Source of the DNA: Cyanophyceae cyanobacterium
Lineage (GTDB): Bacteria > Cyanobacteriota > Cyanobacteriia > Cyanobacteriales > Laspinemataceae
Direction of reading: 5' to 3'
Length of the DNA stretch: 23,041 nt
NCBI GenBank assembly: GCA_038321985.1
Contig: JBBQFN010000054.1
Span: 1 to 23,041, forward strand
The translations under genes and the position numbers were made by a program. This document shows, in pieces, positions 1-8,429 of this stretch; positions within the stretch are counted from its first letter, which is position 1, and every line of letters begins with the position of its first letter. Under the pieces are notes generated by a model. The model was not told the origin of the DNA and did not search any database. It saw only the letters and a program-made list of their open reading frames with translations.

Positions 1-110
1 AATTTTGACAACTTTCGGTTACGTCTTTTAGCAGCTTTTTCATCATAGTCATTATAAATTAGAGAGGTAGCCACTCAAAAACATTTAAACGCTCAGTAAC
101 TAATTAGAAA
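1..110 (-). mobile_element. Possible end of an insertion (IS-like) interrupting the cheA/wspE gene; family not identified
   Basis: All three + frames have stops in 1-107 and none resembles CheA/CheW. The - strand has a leftward TTGAGT(78-73)-N16-TATAAT(56-51) promoter-like pair and ORFs running off the left edge (MTMMKKLLKDVTESCQN from 52, or GTG-start MATSLIYNDYDEKAAKRRNRKLSK). No transposase motif or target duplication is visible in the window. Confidence 0.35.
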
Positions 111-809
111 AACTTATCACCAAAAAGTCTGAAGAGCCAAAATAATGAACTCAATGATGACCTATTATCAGCTATTGTTCTGAGCGATCGTTCTAACTAT
201 TATGGCTTGGTTGTGGATCGGTTTCTCGGTGAGCGAGATTTGGTGGTTCGACCCTTAGACCCCCGTCTGGGTAAGGTCCGTGATATTAGTGCAGCAGCAT
301 TAATGGAAGACGGGTCACCGGTTTTAATTATCGATGTTGAAGATTTAGTGCGATCGCTGGATCTGATCCTCAGCAGTGGTCGATTAAGTCACATCACTCA
401 AGATATCCAAATCAAACAGTCTAAACATCATAAAACGATTCTAGTGGTCGATGATTCTATTACCGTGCGGGAAATGGAACGCAAACTTTTACAAAATAAA
501 GGCTATACCGTTGAAGTTGCGGTGAATGGGGTTGATGCTTGGAATACCGCACGAACCGGGGAATATGACCTGATTATCACCGATGTAGATATGCCCCGGA
601 TGAATGGTATAGAACTGGTTAATCACCTTAAAAGTAATGCTAAACTCAAGTCAACTCCTGTAATTATTGTTTCCTATAAGGACCGGGAAGAGGATCGACT
701 TTTAGGATTAGAAGCTGGGGCAAATTATTACTTAACGAAAAGTAGTTTTCATGATGATACGTTTTTAAATGCCGTCATTGATATGATTGGGACCCCGGAT
801 GAGACTTGA
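108..809 (+). CDS. cheA: C-terminal fragment (partial CheW + receiver domain) of a WspE/CheA-like hybrid chemosensory kinase, truncated or interrupted at its 5' side
   Basis: The frame is open from 108 (after TAG 105-107) to TGA 807-809. The ORF track starts at TTG 207, but CheW-like sequence continues upstream (LSAIVLSDRSNYYGLVVDRFLGERDLVVRPLDPRLGKVRDISAAALMEDGSPVLIIDVEDL), followed by a REC domain (ILVVDDS...IITDVDMPRMNG...YLTK). This is the WspE-type C-terminus. Confidence 0.85.
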   Translation, partial: KNLSPKSLKSQNNELNDDLLSAIVLSDRSNYYGLVVDRFLGERDLVVRPLDPRLGKVRDISAAALMEDGSPVLIIDVEDLVRSLDLILSSGRLSHITQDIQIKQSKHHKTILVVDDSITVREMERKLLQNKGYTVEVAVNGVDAWNTARTGEYDLIITDVDMPRMNGIELVNHLKSNAKLKSTPVIIVSYKDREEDRLLGLEAGANYYLTKSSFHDDTFLNAVIDMIGTPDET

Positions 810-1136
810 CCTCTACATTGTAAGGCGATTTCTTGAGATAAACCCGAGATTTTTATGTTAGAAAATGGGTAAAACGCCCTTTGAGTAAAAAGTAAGTCAG
901 CCTAGTTCTTTTTTCTGACATAAATTGAACGTAAAATACATCCTAATAGCTGGGGTTTATTTAAAAATGAAGGGGTTTTTATTCTTGCTTAATTGTCGTT
1001 ATTTATGTAAATTTCAATAAAAAATGTTGCCCACTCCAGTTATAGTTTTAAAAAAATAATTTCTTACAAATCAGTAAATTTCAGATATAATAAAAGATGT
1101 TATGATATTGGCGATGAAATATACTTTAACCTCTGT

Positions 1137-2147
1137 ATGAAAATTGCTATTGTTAATGATATGCTGCTGGCAGTAGAAGCCTTGCGGCGCGTCTTAACAT
1201 CAGTGCCTGACTACGAACTCCTTTGGATTGCCCGGAATGGGGCTGAAGCGCTAGACAAATGTGCCTCAGTACGACCGGATCTAATTTTAATGGATGTATT
1301 CATGCCCGTGATGGATGGGGTAGAGGCAACTCGCCAGATTATGCGTAATTTTCCCTGTGCGATATTACTCGTTACATCTAGTATTAACACTCACTTACCT
1401 AAAGTATTTGAAGCCCTCGGGCATGGGGCGCTCGATGTAGTCGTTACGCCGATTCTCGGACCCTCTGGAAATGCGGAAGGGGGAGAAACTCTTCTGGAAA
1501 AAATTAAGACGGTTCATAAACTATTGGGCAAACCCGTCAGCAGAAACTCCAAAAATCCAATTTCTGTCAAGTTCTGTTATACGAACAAACCCTCTCCTCC
1601 CCTGGTAGCCATTGGAGCTTCGACTGGAGGTCCCACCGCGATCGCCAAGGTTTTGTCTCTATTACCGGAAAATTTTAGGCTATCGGTAGTGATTATACAG
1701 CATATTGACGTTCAGTTTTCCGTCAGTTTTGTCCAGTGGTTATCTCATCAAACTCGGTTAAAAATTGAGTTAGCTCAAGCCGGAACTACACCCGAATCCG
1801 GTAAAGTTATTGTAGCCGGAACCAACGATCATTTATTCATGCGTCCCGATCGCACCCTCGGCTATACTAAGCATCCCCTGAATAATCCCTATCGTCCCTC
1901 GGTGGATGTTTTTTTTACAAGTTTGGCTGAAAACTGGCCGGGGCAAGGATTAGGGGTGTTGCTCACGGGAATGGGCCGCGATGGAGCAGTGGGAATGGGC
2001 CTATTGAGATCGGCGGGTTGGCATACGATCGCCCAAGATGCCAGCAGTTGCGTCGTTTATGGAATGCCAAAAGCTGCGGTTGAACTGGGAGCAGTTGAAG
2101 AAAGTTTGACTCCCGAGGCGATCGCGCTCAAACTCCTTAAGCTGTAA
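1137..2147 (+). CDS. cheB: Chemotaxis response regulator protein-glutamate methylesterase, WspF type
   Basis: N-terminal REC with the WspF-type start MKIAIVNDMLLAVEALRRVL and LILMD. Methylesterase Ser-His-Asp triad motifs GASTGG, IQH and TGMGRDGA are intact. Confidence 0.95.
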   Translation: MKIAIVNDMLLAVEALRRVLTSVPDYELLWIARNGAEALDKCASVRPDLILMDVFMPVMDGVEATRQIMRNFPCAILLVTSSINTHLPKVFEALGHGALDVVVTPILGPSGNAEGGETLLEKIKTVHKLLGKPVSRNSKNPISVKFCYTNKPSPPLVAIGASTGGPTAIAKVLSLLPENFRLSVVIIQHIDVQFSVSFVQWLSHQTRLKIELAQAGTTPESGKVIVAGTNDHLFMRPDRTLGYTKHPLNNPYRPSVDVFFTSLAENWPGQGLGVLLTGMGRDGAVGMGLLRSAGWHTIAQDASSCVVYGMPKAAVELGAVEESLTPEAIALKLLKL

Positions 2148-2292
2148 CAGCTTAAGCAACCTCAAAACAACCGGGTTTTAGAAATTAGAAAGATAAATAT
2201 GACTGACGCATAATATCGGTGATTTAGTAATTTGTAAAGGCAGAAGATCGACGATGCTTACCCCCATTTTTTAGAGGAGTCAGGGAACTCCT

Positions 2293-2301
2293 GGGAATAC
2301 T
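2293..2301 (+). promoter_or_regulatory. GGGAATACT, matching the SigJ/SigF-type extended -10 (J-box) of cyanobacterial motility promoters
   Basis: Exact 9-mer in the cheB-kinase spacer, oriented toward the downstream kinase. Consensus recalled from Nostoc punctiforme SigJ; no TSS data. Confidence 0.35.
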
Positions 2302-2423
2302 ATCTCGCCTAAAAAACTGGGGTAACTGGGTAAGTAATTCGGAGCTATCTCAAGAGTTAGAGGTTGGGTTTTAGAGTTTTCCAAGAATAAATTCCTCCCC
2401 GTAGTAGTGAAGTTAAATACAAT

Positions 2424-2540
2424 ATTTATATAGCGTTTCTTGAGCTATTGAGGTTCGGTTTTGGGGTTAAAGTCCCCCTTTTGAAGGGGGATTTACGGGG
2501 ATCGTCCGGATTTCACGAGACCAAAAACCGCTATATAAAT
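2424..2540. mobile_element. MITE-like / small dispersed repeat with TATAGCG...CGCTATA ends
   Basis: Perfect 12-bp inverted repeat ATTTATATAGCG (2424-2435) / CGCTATATAAAT (2529-2540). Internal hairpin TCCCCCTT-ttg-AAGGGGGA (2473-2491) followed by TTTACGGGGATC, resembling a common cyanobacterial REP-like repeat. Confidence 0.65.
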
Positions 2541-2827
2541 TATTTTAATTAATTTACACCGAAATAATATAAACTTATAAATCACAGGGTTTAGAGCATT
2601 AATCTTGTGGATTAGTACGCCATCTGATCCCATCTAGCTATATCTTTCAGGGTTTTCTAATCACAATTAGCTGAAGATTGATGTAAAAGAAATATCTTAG
2701 GAATTTAGGTCAATTTTTACAAAAGTACCCTCCGATCAATTGATCGCACTTCCTGGAAACTTTTTAAACCTGAGGAGTTCATGAACAGATAAGTGCCATT
2801 TGAACTCTTGGGGATGAAGTTGTTATC

Positions 2828-2855
2828 AAAAAAAGTAGTGATCGCTACTTTTTTT
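2828..2855. terminator. 28-bp near-perfect palindrome A7-GTAGTGATCGCTAC-T7; bidirectional intrinsic terminator-like
   Basis: Seven A and seven T flank a core with one T/G mismatch centred on GATC (a HIP1 variant, GTGATCGC). Confidence 0.5.
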
Positions 2856-3200
2856 ATGAAATCGGAACTGAAGAAGATCAAAAATGGCTGAATCCCTTTG
2901 ATATCAAATTTTACCGCTCAATTTGACAACTGACATATTTTATCCACCTATAGATAGATGACAAAAGAGGTTACCCTATAAAAAACTCAAAGGGAGTAGA
3001 TTACTAGAACCGTACTATTCCCAGAGAAGTAGTTGGGCTGAAATTTGACCCGACCCAGTAAACGCGTTATAGATTTTATCGGAAGAGCGTAAATGAAGGC
3101 CCTGATTCAGAACTGAGGAATCAATCCATCGGCATCAATCCCTTACCTTACCTTACGTTCTGACCCTCAAATTTTCAGCACCTCCTCGGGAAAAAAAGCC

Positions 3201-4550
3201 ATGAATCAAAAACTAACCCCTCAACCCGTAACAATTTTATTGATAGATGATCAGCCGATTGTAGGTGAGGCGATTCGTCGCTTGTTGGCAACAGAAGAGG
3301 ATATTAAATTTTACTATTGTAGTGACCCCGATCAAGCGATTCAAATGGCAACAACTATTCAACCCACTGTGATTTTACAGGATTTAATCATGGGGGATAT
3401 TGATGGGTTGATGCTCCTGCGCTTTTTTAAAGCAAATCCAGGCACCCGGGACATTCCCATCGTGGTGCTTTCGACAAAAGAAGAACCCCGCCAAAAAGCC
3501 TCAGCCTTTGCTGCCGGCGCGAATGACTACTTAGTTAAACTTCCTGATAAGATTGAATTAATTGCTCGCCTTCGCTACCATTCAACGGCTTATCAAAATT
3601 TATGTCAACGTTATGAAATAGAGTTGACCCAACAGTATAATAAAGAATTAGAACGGCGAGTACAAGAGCGGACCCAAGAACTGGCCGAAGCCCTTGAAAC
3701 CCTCAAACACACCCAGACGCAATTAGTCCAAAGCGAAAAAATGTCGGGTTTGCGGCAATTGGTGGCTGGAATTGCCCATGAAATTAACAATCCAATCAAT
3801 TTTATTTCGGGGAATTTGATTCATTTTATTGAATATGCTGAAGGATTATTAACGTTAGTGGAAATGTACGAAGAAGCATTTCCCGATAATGGGCCAGTTA
3901 CCCTTCAAGATTTTAAACACTCCCTTGATTTAGAGTTTGTTCGAGAAGACTTACCTCGATTAATAGCTTCAATTAGAGGAGGAACCGATAGAATTCGAGA
4001 GATAGTCATAAATTTGCGTAATTTTTCTCGGATGGATGAATCAGAAATAAAGCAAGTAGATATTCATGAAGGTCTTGATAGCACCCTGGTGATGCTACAA
4101 CATCGGTTGGATGAGAGCCAGATTGAATTGATCAAGGAGTATGGAGATTTACCCGGAGTCGAGTGTTATCCAGGACAACTGAATCAAGTGTTTATCAATG
4201 TACTGACGAATGCGATCGAGGCCGTGATAGATTGTCGGAAGATATCTTCAGGCGAAAAGATAGCTGAGAGTGGGGAGAGTATCCCTTTGAAAATAGGCAT
4301 TAAAACTGAATATCAGGGTCCGGCGATCGCCATTCGGATTACAGATAATGGGTTGGGGATTGCTCCAGAAATTCAAAACCAGATTTTTAACCCCTTTTTT
4401 ACCACAAAGGAAGTGGGACAAGGAACAGGATTGGGATTGGCAATCAGCTATGAAATTGTGGTAAAAAAACATAAAGGAAAGTTGGGATGCAAGTCTCATC
4501 CCAGTGGCGGCACCGAGTTTACCATTGAAATTCCGGTCGGTCACAAGTAG
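3201..4550 (+). CDS. Hybrid signal transduction protein: WspR-type receiver domain, coiled coil, HisKA/HATPase histidine kinase
   Basis: The REC has WspR-specific motifs (LLIDDQPIVGEAIRR, CSDPDQA, PTVILQDL, IVVLSTKEEP, GANDYLVKLPDKIELIARLRYHS). Kinase motifs: H-box AHEINNP, N-box LNQVFINVLTNA, G1 DNGLGI, F box FNPFFTTK, G2 GTGLGL. Confidence 0.93.
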   Translation: MNQKLTPQPVTILLIDDQPIVGEAIRRLLATEEDIKFYYCSDPDQAIQMATTIQPTVILQDLIMGDIDGLMLLRFFKANPGTRDIPIVVLSTKEEPRQKASAFAAGANDYLVKLPDKIELIARLRYHSTAYQNLCQRYEIELTQQYNKELERRVQERTQELAEALETLKHTQTQLVQSEKMSGLRQLVAGIAHEINNPINFISGNLIHFIEYAEGLLTLVEMYEEAFPDNGPVTLQDFKHSLDLEFVREDLPRLIASIRGGTDRIREIVINLRNFSRMDESEIKQVDIHEGLDSTLVMLQHRLDESQIELIKEYGDLPGVECYPGQLNQVFINVLTNAIEAVIDCRKISSGEKIAESGESIPLKIGIKTEYQGPAIAIRITDNGLGIAPEIQNQIFNPFFTTKEVGQGTGLGLAISYEIVVKKHKGKLGCKSHPSGGTEFTIEIPVGHK

Positions 4551-5156
4551 CTAAGTAATATTCAGGAATTGCCGTTTGAATCCCGAAAGCGGGTCCTCCC
4601 CTCACCTTCTGAACCTTCGGGGACCCAACTGGCTTCGATGCAGTGGCCCTCAGTGGGTTAATTTTCAACCCAGCGACCGGGGTGGGGTCCCAGCGCTTCG
4701 GCTCTCTTTCCGGAGTCAGTCCGATTGGGTTCGGGTGGCGATCGCCCTCCCCGATGATTTCAACATTCAGGGTCACTTAGGGACCTTAGCTGAGTTTTCC
4801 CCGGTCTCTTGAAGAGGGGACTAGAAGTGGAGCCACTCTGATTAAACTGGGCTTTTGCTAGGGGAACAAAGGGGGATCACTCCAGAATGATGTCAGGGAT
4901 TTATGGCGTAGGGGCTTGGATAAGGGCTGGAGTCGTTGAAAATCGGCTAAATGAGAAACTTCAACCAAAATCTCCATAAAAAAACATCATCTTTCCTTAA
5001 CTCTTAAGGCATGATGAAAATAGAAACTTTTATAGTGGCATCCGCACCCCCTTCTTTAGAGGCCGGGAAATAGCCACTCCCTTGCATCATTTTTCCTCCC
5101 CGGTCTCAAGAGCGGGGGATTTACAGTTATTCCAAAAGAGTAGATGAGGTTTGCCG

Positions 5157-7019
5157 ATGCTTTCGGAAAGCAGATCAGAAAGAAAAACGAAATCAGTATT
5201 GATTCCAACCCGGAGAACCGGCGCTTATGCGCTGATGGATAGTCTCAAGCGTCATGGGGTCAAACATATTTTTGGCTATCCCGGGGGGGCGATTTTACCG
5301 ATTTATGATGAACTGTATCGGTTTGAGGCGGCAGGGGATGTCCAGCATATTTTAGTCCGCCATGAGCAAGGTGCTTCTCATGCGGCAGATGGCTATGCCC
5401 GTGCCACAGGCCAGGTGGGGGTTTGCTTTGGGACATCAGGCCCTGGGGCAACTAATTTAGTAACCGGGATTGCCACTGCCCATATGGATTCGATTCCAAT
5501 GGTAATCATTACAGGGCAGGTACCTCGTCCGGCGATCGGGACCGATGCGTTTCAGGAAACCGATATTTATGGGATTACTCTGCCGATTGTCAAGCACTCG
5601 TATGTGGTACGAGACCCTCGGGATATGGCACGGATTGTGGCAGAAGGGTTTCATATTGCCCGTACTGGAAGACCAGGCCCGGTATTGATTGATGTGCCCA
5701 AAGATGTCGGTTTGGAGGAATTCGACTATGTGCCGGTGGAACCGGGGAGTATTAAATTACCGGGATATCGGCCTACGGTGAAAGGGAACCCCCGGCAAAT
5801 TAATCAGGCGATCGAATTAATTCGCCAAGCCAAAAAGCCCTTGCTGTATGTGGGTGGGGGGGCGATCGCCGCTGGTGCTCATGGCGAGATTAAAGAACTT
5901 GCCGAACATTTCCAGATTCCTGTCACTACAACCTTGATGGGTTTGGGTGCATTTGATGAACATGATCCCCTGGCCCTGGGAATGTTAGGAATGCATGGCA
6001 CCGCTTACGCTAATTTTGCCGTTTGTGAATGCGATTTGCTGATTGCTGTCGGTGCTCGCTTCGACGATCGCGTAACAGGTAAGCTGGATGAGTTTGCCGA
6101 TCGCGCCAAAGTTATACATATCGATATTGACCCCGCAGAGGTGGGCAAAAACCGGGGGCCTGACGTTCCCATCGTCGGCGACGTCCAGCAAGTGCTTATC
6201 GATCTGCTGCGTCGCCTGCGGGAAACGGGAGATATCGCGGATACCAATCAAACGAAAGAGTGGTTGGGACGGATCAATCGCTGGCGGGAAGATTATCCGC
6301 TGTTGGTTCCGCATCCAGAAACGGCCCTCTCTCCCCAAGAGGCGATCGTTGAAGTGGGACGGCAAGCACCGGATGCCTACTACACTACCGATGTGGGACA
6401 GCACCAAATGTGGGCCGCACAGTTCCTCAAAAATGGCCCTCGACGATGGATCTCCAGCGCCGGATTAGGCACGATGGGGTTTGGAGTTCCCGCAGCGATG
6501 GGCTCACAAGTCGCCCTACCCGATGAACAAACCATCTGTATCAGTGGCGATGCTAGCTTCCAGATGAATTTGCAAGAACTGGGAACGATCGCCCAGTACA
6601 ACATTAAGCTCAAAATTGTGATCATCAATAATGGCTGGCAAGGCATGGTGCGCCAGTGGCAAGAAACCTTCTATGGGGAACGGTACTCGTCTTCTAATAT
6701 GGAGATTGGGATGCCGGATATTCCCTTGCTCTGTCAGGCATACGGTATTAAAGGCAAGGTGATATCCTCCCGCGACCAGCTCCAGGATTCGGTGGCTGAA
6801 ATGCTAGCCCATGATGGTCCTTTCGTTCTGGAGGTGCGCGTCACCCGAAATGAAAACTGTTATCCCATGGTAGCGCCCGGTAAGAGTAACGGCCAAATGT
6901 TAGGATTACCCGCGCTCAAAAAGAAAGAAGGGATTGTTGAATTGATTTATTGCAGCAATTGTGGGGCAAAAAACGCCTCCACAAACCACTTTTGTCCTGA
7001 ATGTGGTACGCGGTTGTAA
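5157..7019 (+). CDS. ilvB: Acetolactate synthase (AHAS) large subunit, biosynthetic type, with C-terminal zinc ribbon
   Basis: Motifs [42 protein letters not shown] and ThDP-binding GDASFQMN...NNG. GAGG at 5146-5149 favours ATG 5157 over TTG 5151. The C-terminus carries CSNC...CPEC. Confidence 0.97.
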   Translation: MLSESRSERKTKSVLIPTRRTGAYALMDSLKRHGVKHIFGYPGGAILPIYDELYRFEAAGDVQHILVRHEQGASHAADGYARATGQVGVCFGTSGPGATNLVTGIATAHMDSIPMVIITGQVPRPAIGTDAFQETDIYGITLPIVKHSYVVRDPRDMARIVAEGFHIARTGRPGPVLIDVPKDVGLEEFDYVPVEPGSIKLPGYRPTVKGNPRQINQAIELIRQAKKPLLYVGGGAIAAGAHGEIKELAEHFQIPVTTTLMGLGAFDEHDPLALGMLGMHGTAYANFAVCECDLLIAVGARFDDRVTGKLDEFADRAKVIHIDIDPAEVGKNRGPDVPIVGDVQQVLIDLLRRLRETGDIADTNQTKEWLGRINRWREDYPLLVPHPETALSPQEAIVEVGRQAPDAYYTTDVGQHQMWAAQFLKNGPRRWISSAGLGTMGFGVPAAMGSQVALPDEQTICISGDASFQMNLQELGTIAQYNIKLKIVIINNGWQGMVRQWQETFYGERYSSSNMEIGMPDIPLLCQAYGIKGKVISSRDQLQDSVAEMLAHDGPFVLEVRVTRNENCYPMVAPGKSNGQMLGLPALKKKEGIVELIYCSNCGAKNASTNHFCPECGTRL

Positions 7020-7040
7020 GTTAATATCCCCTCTTGATAG

Positions 7041-7095
7041 GAACCCCAGCCAGCCAACCCTCCCCAAGAGATCGGGGCGGGTTAGGGGCGGGTTC
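7041..7095. terminator. GC-rich imperfect hairpin between convergent ilvB and TPR genes
   Basis: Outer GAACCC/GGGTTC and inner AACCC-T-CCCC / GGGG-C-GGGTT stems; no clear U-tract. Confidence 0.45.
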
Positions 7096-7106
7096 TTATA
7101 GCCGGT

Positions 7107-8384
7107 TTAATGAGACAACAACCCGATCGCCTGATTGTTAGCCTCGATCGCCTCAGAATAGCGGCCTAATTTTTGTAAAACTACCCCTTTGTTAATCCAA
7201 GCATCGCGAAAGTCAGGGCGAATTTCTAGAACTTTATCCCAACTGGTTAATGCTTCCTCTAACTGATTTAAACTAGATAGGGCTATGCCGCGATAAAACC
7301 AGAATTGTACATCATTGGAGTTGAGGGCGATCGCCCGATCCAAACTCTGTAATGCTTCCTCCCAGCGGCCTAACTTAATGCCTAATGCTAACCCTTGACT
7401 ATACCATATTTCGGGTTCATCCTGCTTTAATTCTAAAGATTTATTCCAACTAACTAAGGCTTCATCAATCCGTTCTAAATCGTAAAGTGAATCCCCACGA
7501 GCCGCCCAAGAAAACGCATCATCCGGGCGAATTTCAATGGCGCGATCGTAAGCCGCCAAGGCATCTTCAAATTGCTCCACATTAAACAAAACATTTCCGC
7601 GATTCATCCAAGCGCGACCATGATTCGGGTCTAGCTCGATTACTCGATTAAATGCATTGAGAGCCGCGCGATCGTCCCCCGCTTCCAATAGTTCAATCCC
7701 TCGAATGAACCACCCTTCTACATCCAAAGGTTCATCCAGGGGCTGGATTACCAGGGGATTTTCTTCCCCTTGAATCCTACCCAACTCTTCCAGGGAATGG
7801 GAACTCCCCGCTAATTCTGTGGCGGTTTTTAATTCGGTTGATTTTTCTAATAACTCCGGTAAGGTATGCCCGGGCATTGGGGGGGATATTTCCCCAGAGG
7901 GTAATTCTCCTGAAAAAGTAGGAGTTTCTATCCCTTCAAGATGAGGCTTTGATTCATCTTTTCCGTGGGCTTCCAGGGTACTGTCTGGGGGTGCTTCCCG
8001 CGCCAATAACTGGGTGGCAATTTGACGAGAAACCGTGCTAATTTCACCATAGCCGAGTTCTCCGAGACGCTGTAATCTGCGTCCCAACTCGTGATTAGCC
8101 ACGGGAGAAGCTAGTAAATTGCTGCCAAATTGACGTAACCAATCGCTCCAGCGCTCATCCGGGACGCGATCGCCAAAGGCTTCAAAAAATCGCCGCACCT
8201 TAACTTGTTGCCAGCCTCTATGAATGCCATCGAGCAACTGGAGAAAATAATGCTCTAATTCCGCATCATTTAGGGGGTGAAGGTCTCGTTTTAGTTCCAA
8301 TTCAGCCCGGTTTGATGAACCCTTGAACCCTGCCAAAACGGCATGAAATAACCTGACCAATTGTTGCCAAATCCGTCCAATCAT
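7107..8384 (-). CDS. Tetratricopeptide repeat protein with an N-terminal helical domain and an acidic/Pro-rich linker
   Basis: About six TPRs in the C-terminal half (WFIRGIEL, AWMNRGNVL, SWAARGDSL, IWYSQGLAL, FWFYRGIAL, AWINKGVVL). Confidence 0.9.
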   Translation of the reverse strand: MIGRIWQQLVRLFHAVLAGFKGSSNRAELELKRDLHPLNDAELEHYFLQLLDGIHRGWQQVKVRRFFEAFGDRVPDERWSDWLRQFGSNLLASPVANHELGRRLQRLGELGYGEISTVSRQIATQLLAREAPPDSTLEAHGKDESKPHLEGIETPTFSGELPSGEISPPMPGHTLPELLEKSTELKTATELAGSSHSLEELGRIQGEENPLVIQPLDEPLDVEGWFIRGIELLEAGDDRAALNAFNRVIELDPNHGRAWMNRGNVLFNVEQFEDALAAYDRAIEIRPDDAFSWAARGDSLYDLERIDEALVSWNKSLELKQDEPEIWYSQGLALGIKLGRWEEALQSLDRAIALNSNDVQFWFYRGIALSSLNQLEEALTSWDKVLEIRPDFRDAWINKGVVLQKLGRYSEAIEANNQAIGLLSH

Positions 8385-8429
8385 GTGCCACCTCTGTGCT
8401 CGAATGCGATCGCCATTTCACTCCTTTAT

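Noticed and set aside
3141..3156. CCTTA x3 microsatellite upstream of the kinase
   Set aside because: Only three units; too short to argue for phase variation.
4519..4812. Overlapping 78 aa (+) and 85 aa (-) ORFs
   Set aside because: Non-ATG starts, no RBS or recognisable motifs; likely chance ORFs in a GC-rich spacer.
4858..4915. TPP-riboswitch-like words (CTAGGGG, GATCAC, GCGTAGGG) upstream of ThDP-dependent ilvB
   Set aside because: Lacks the essential CUGAGA and CCUGA elements in the right positions and the P2-P5 pairing.
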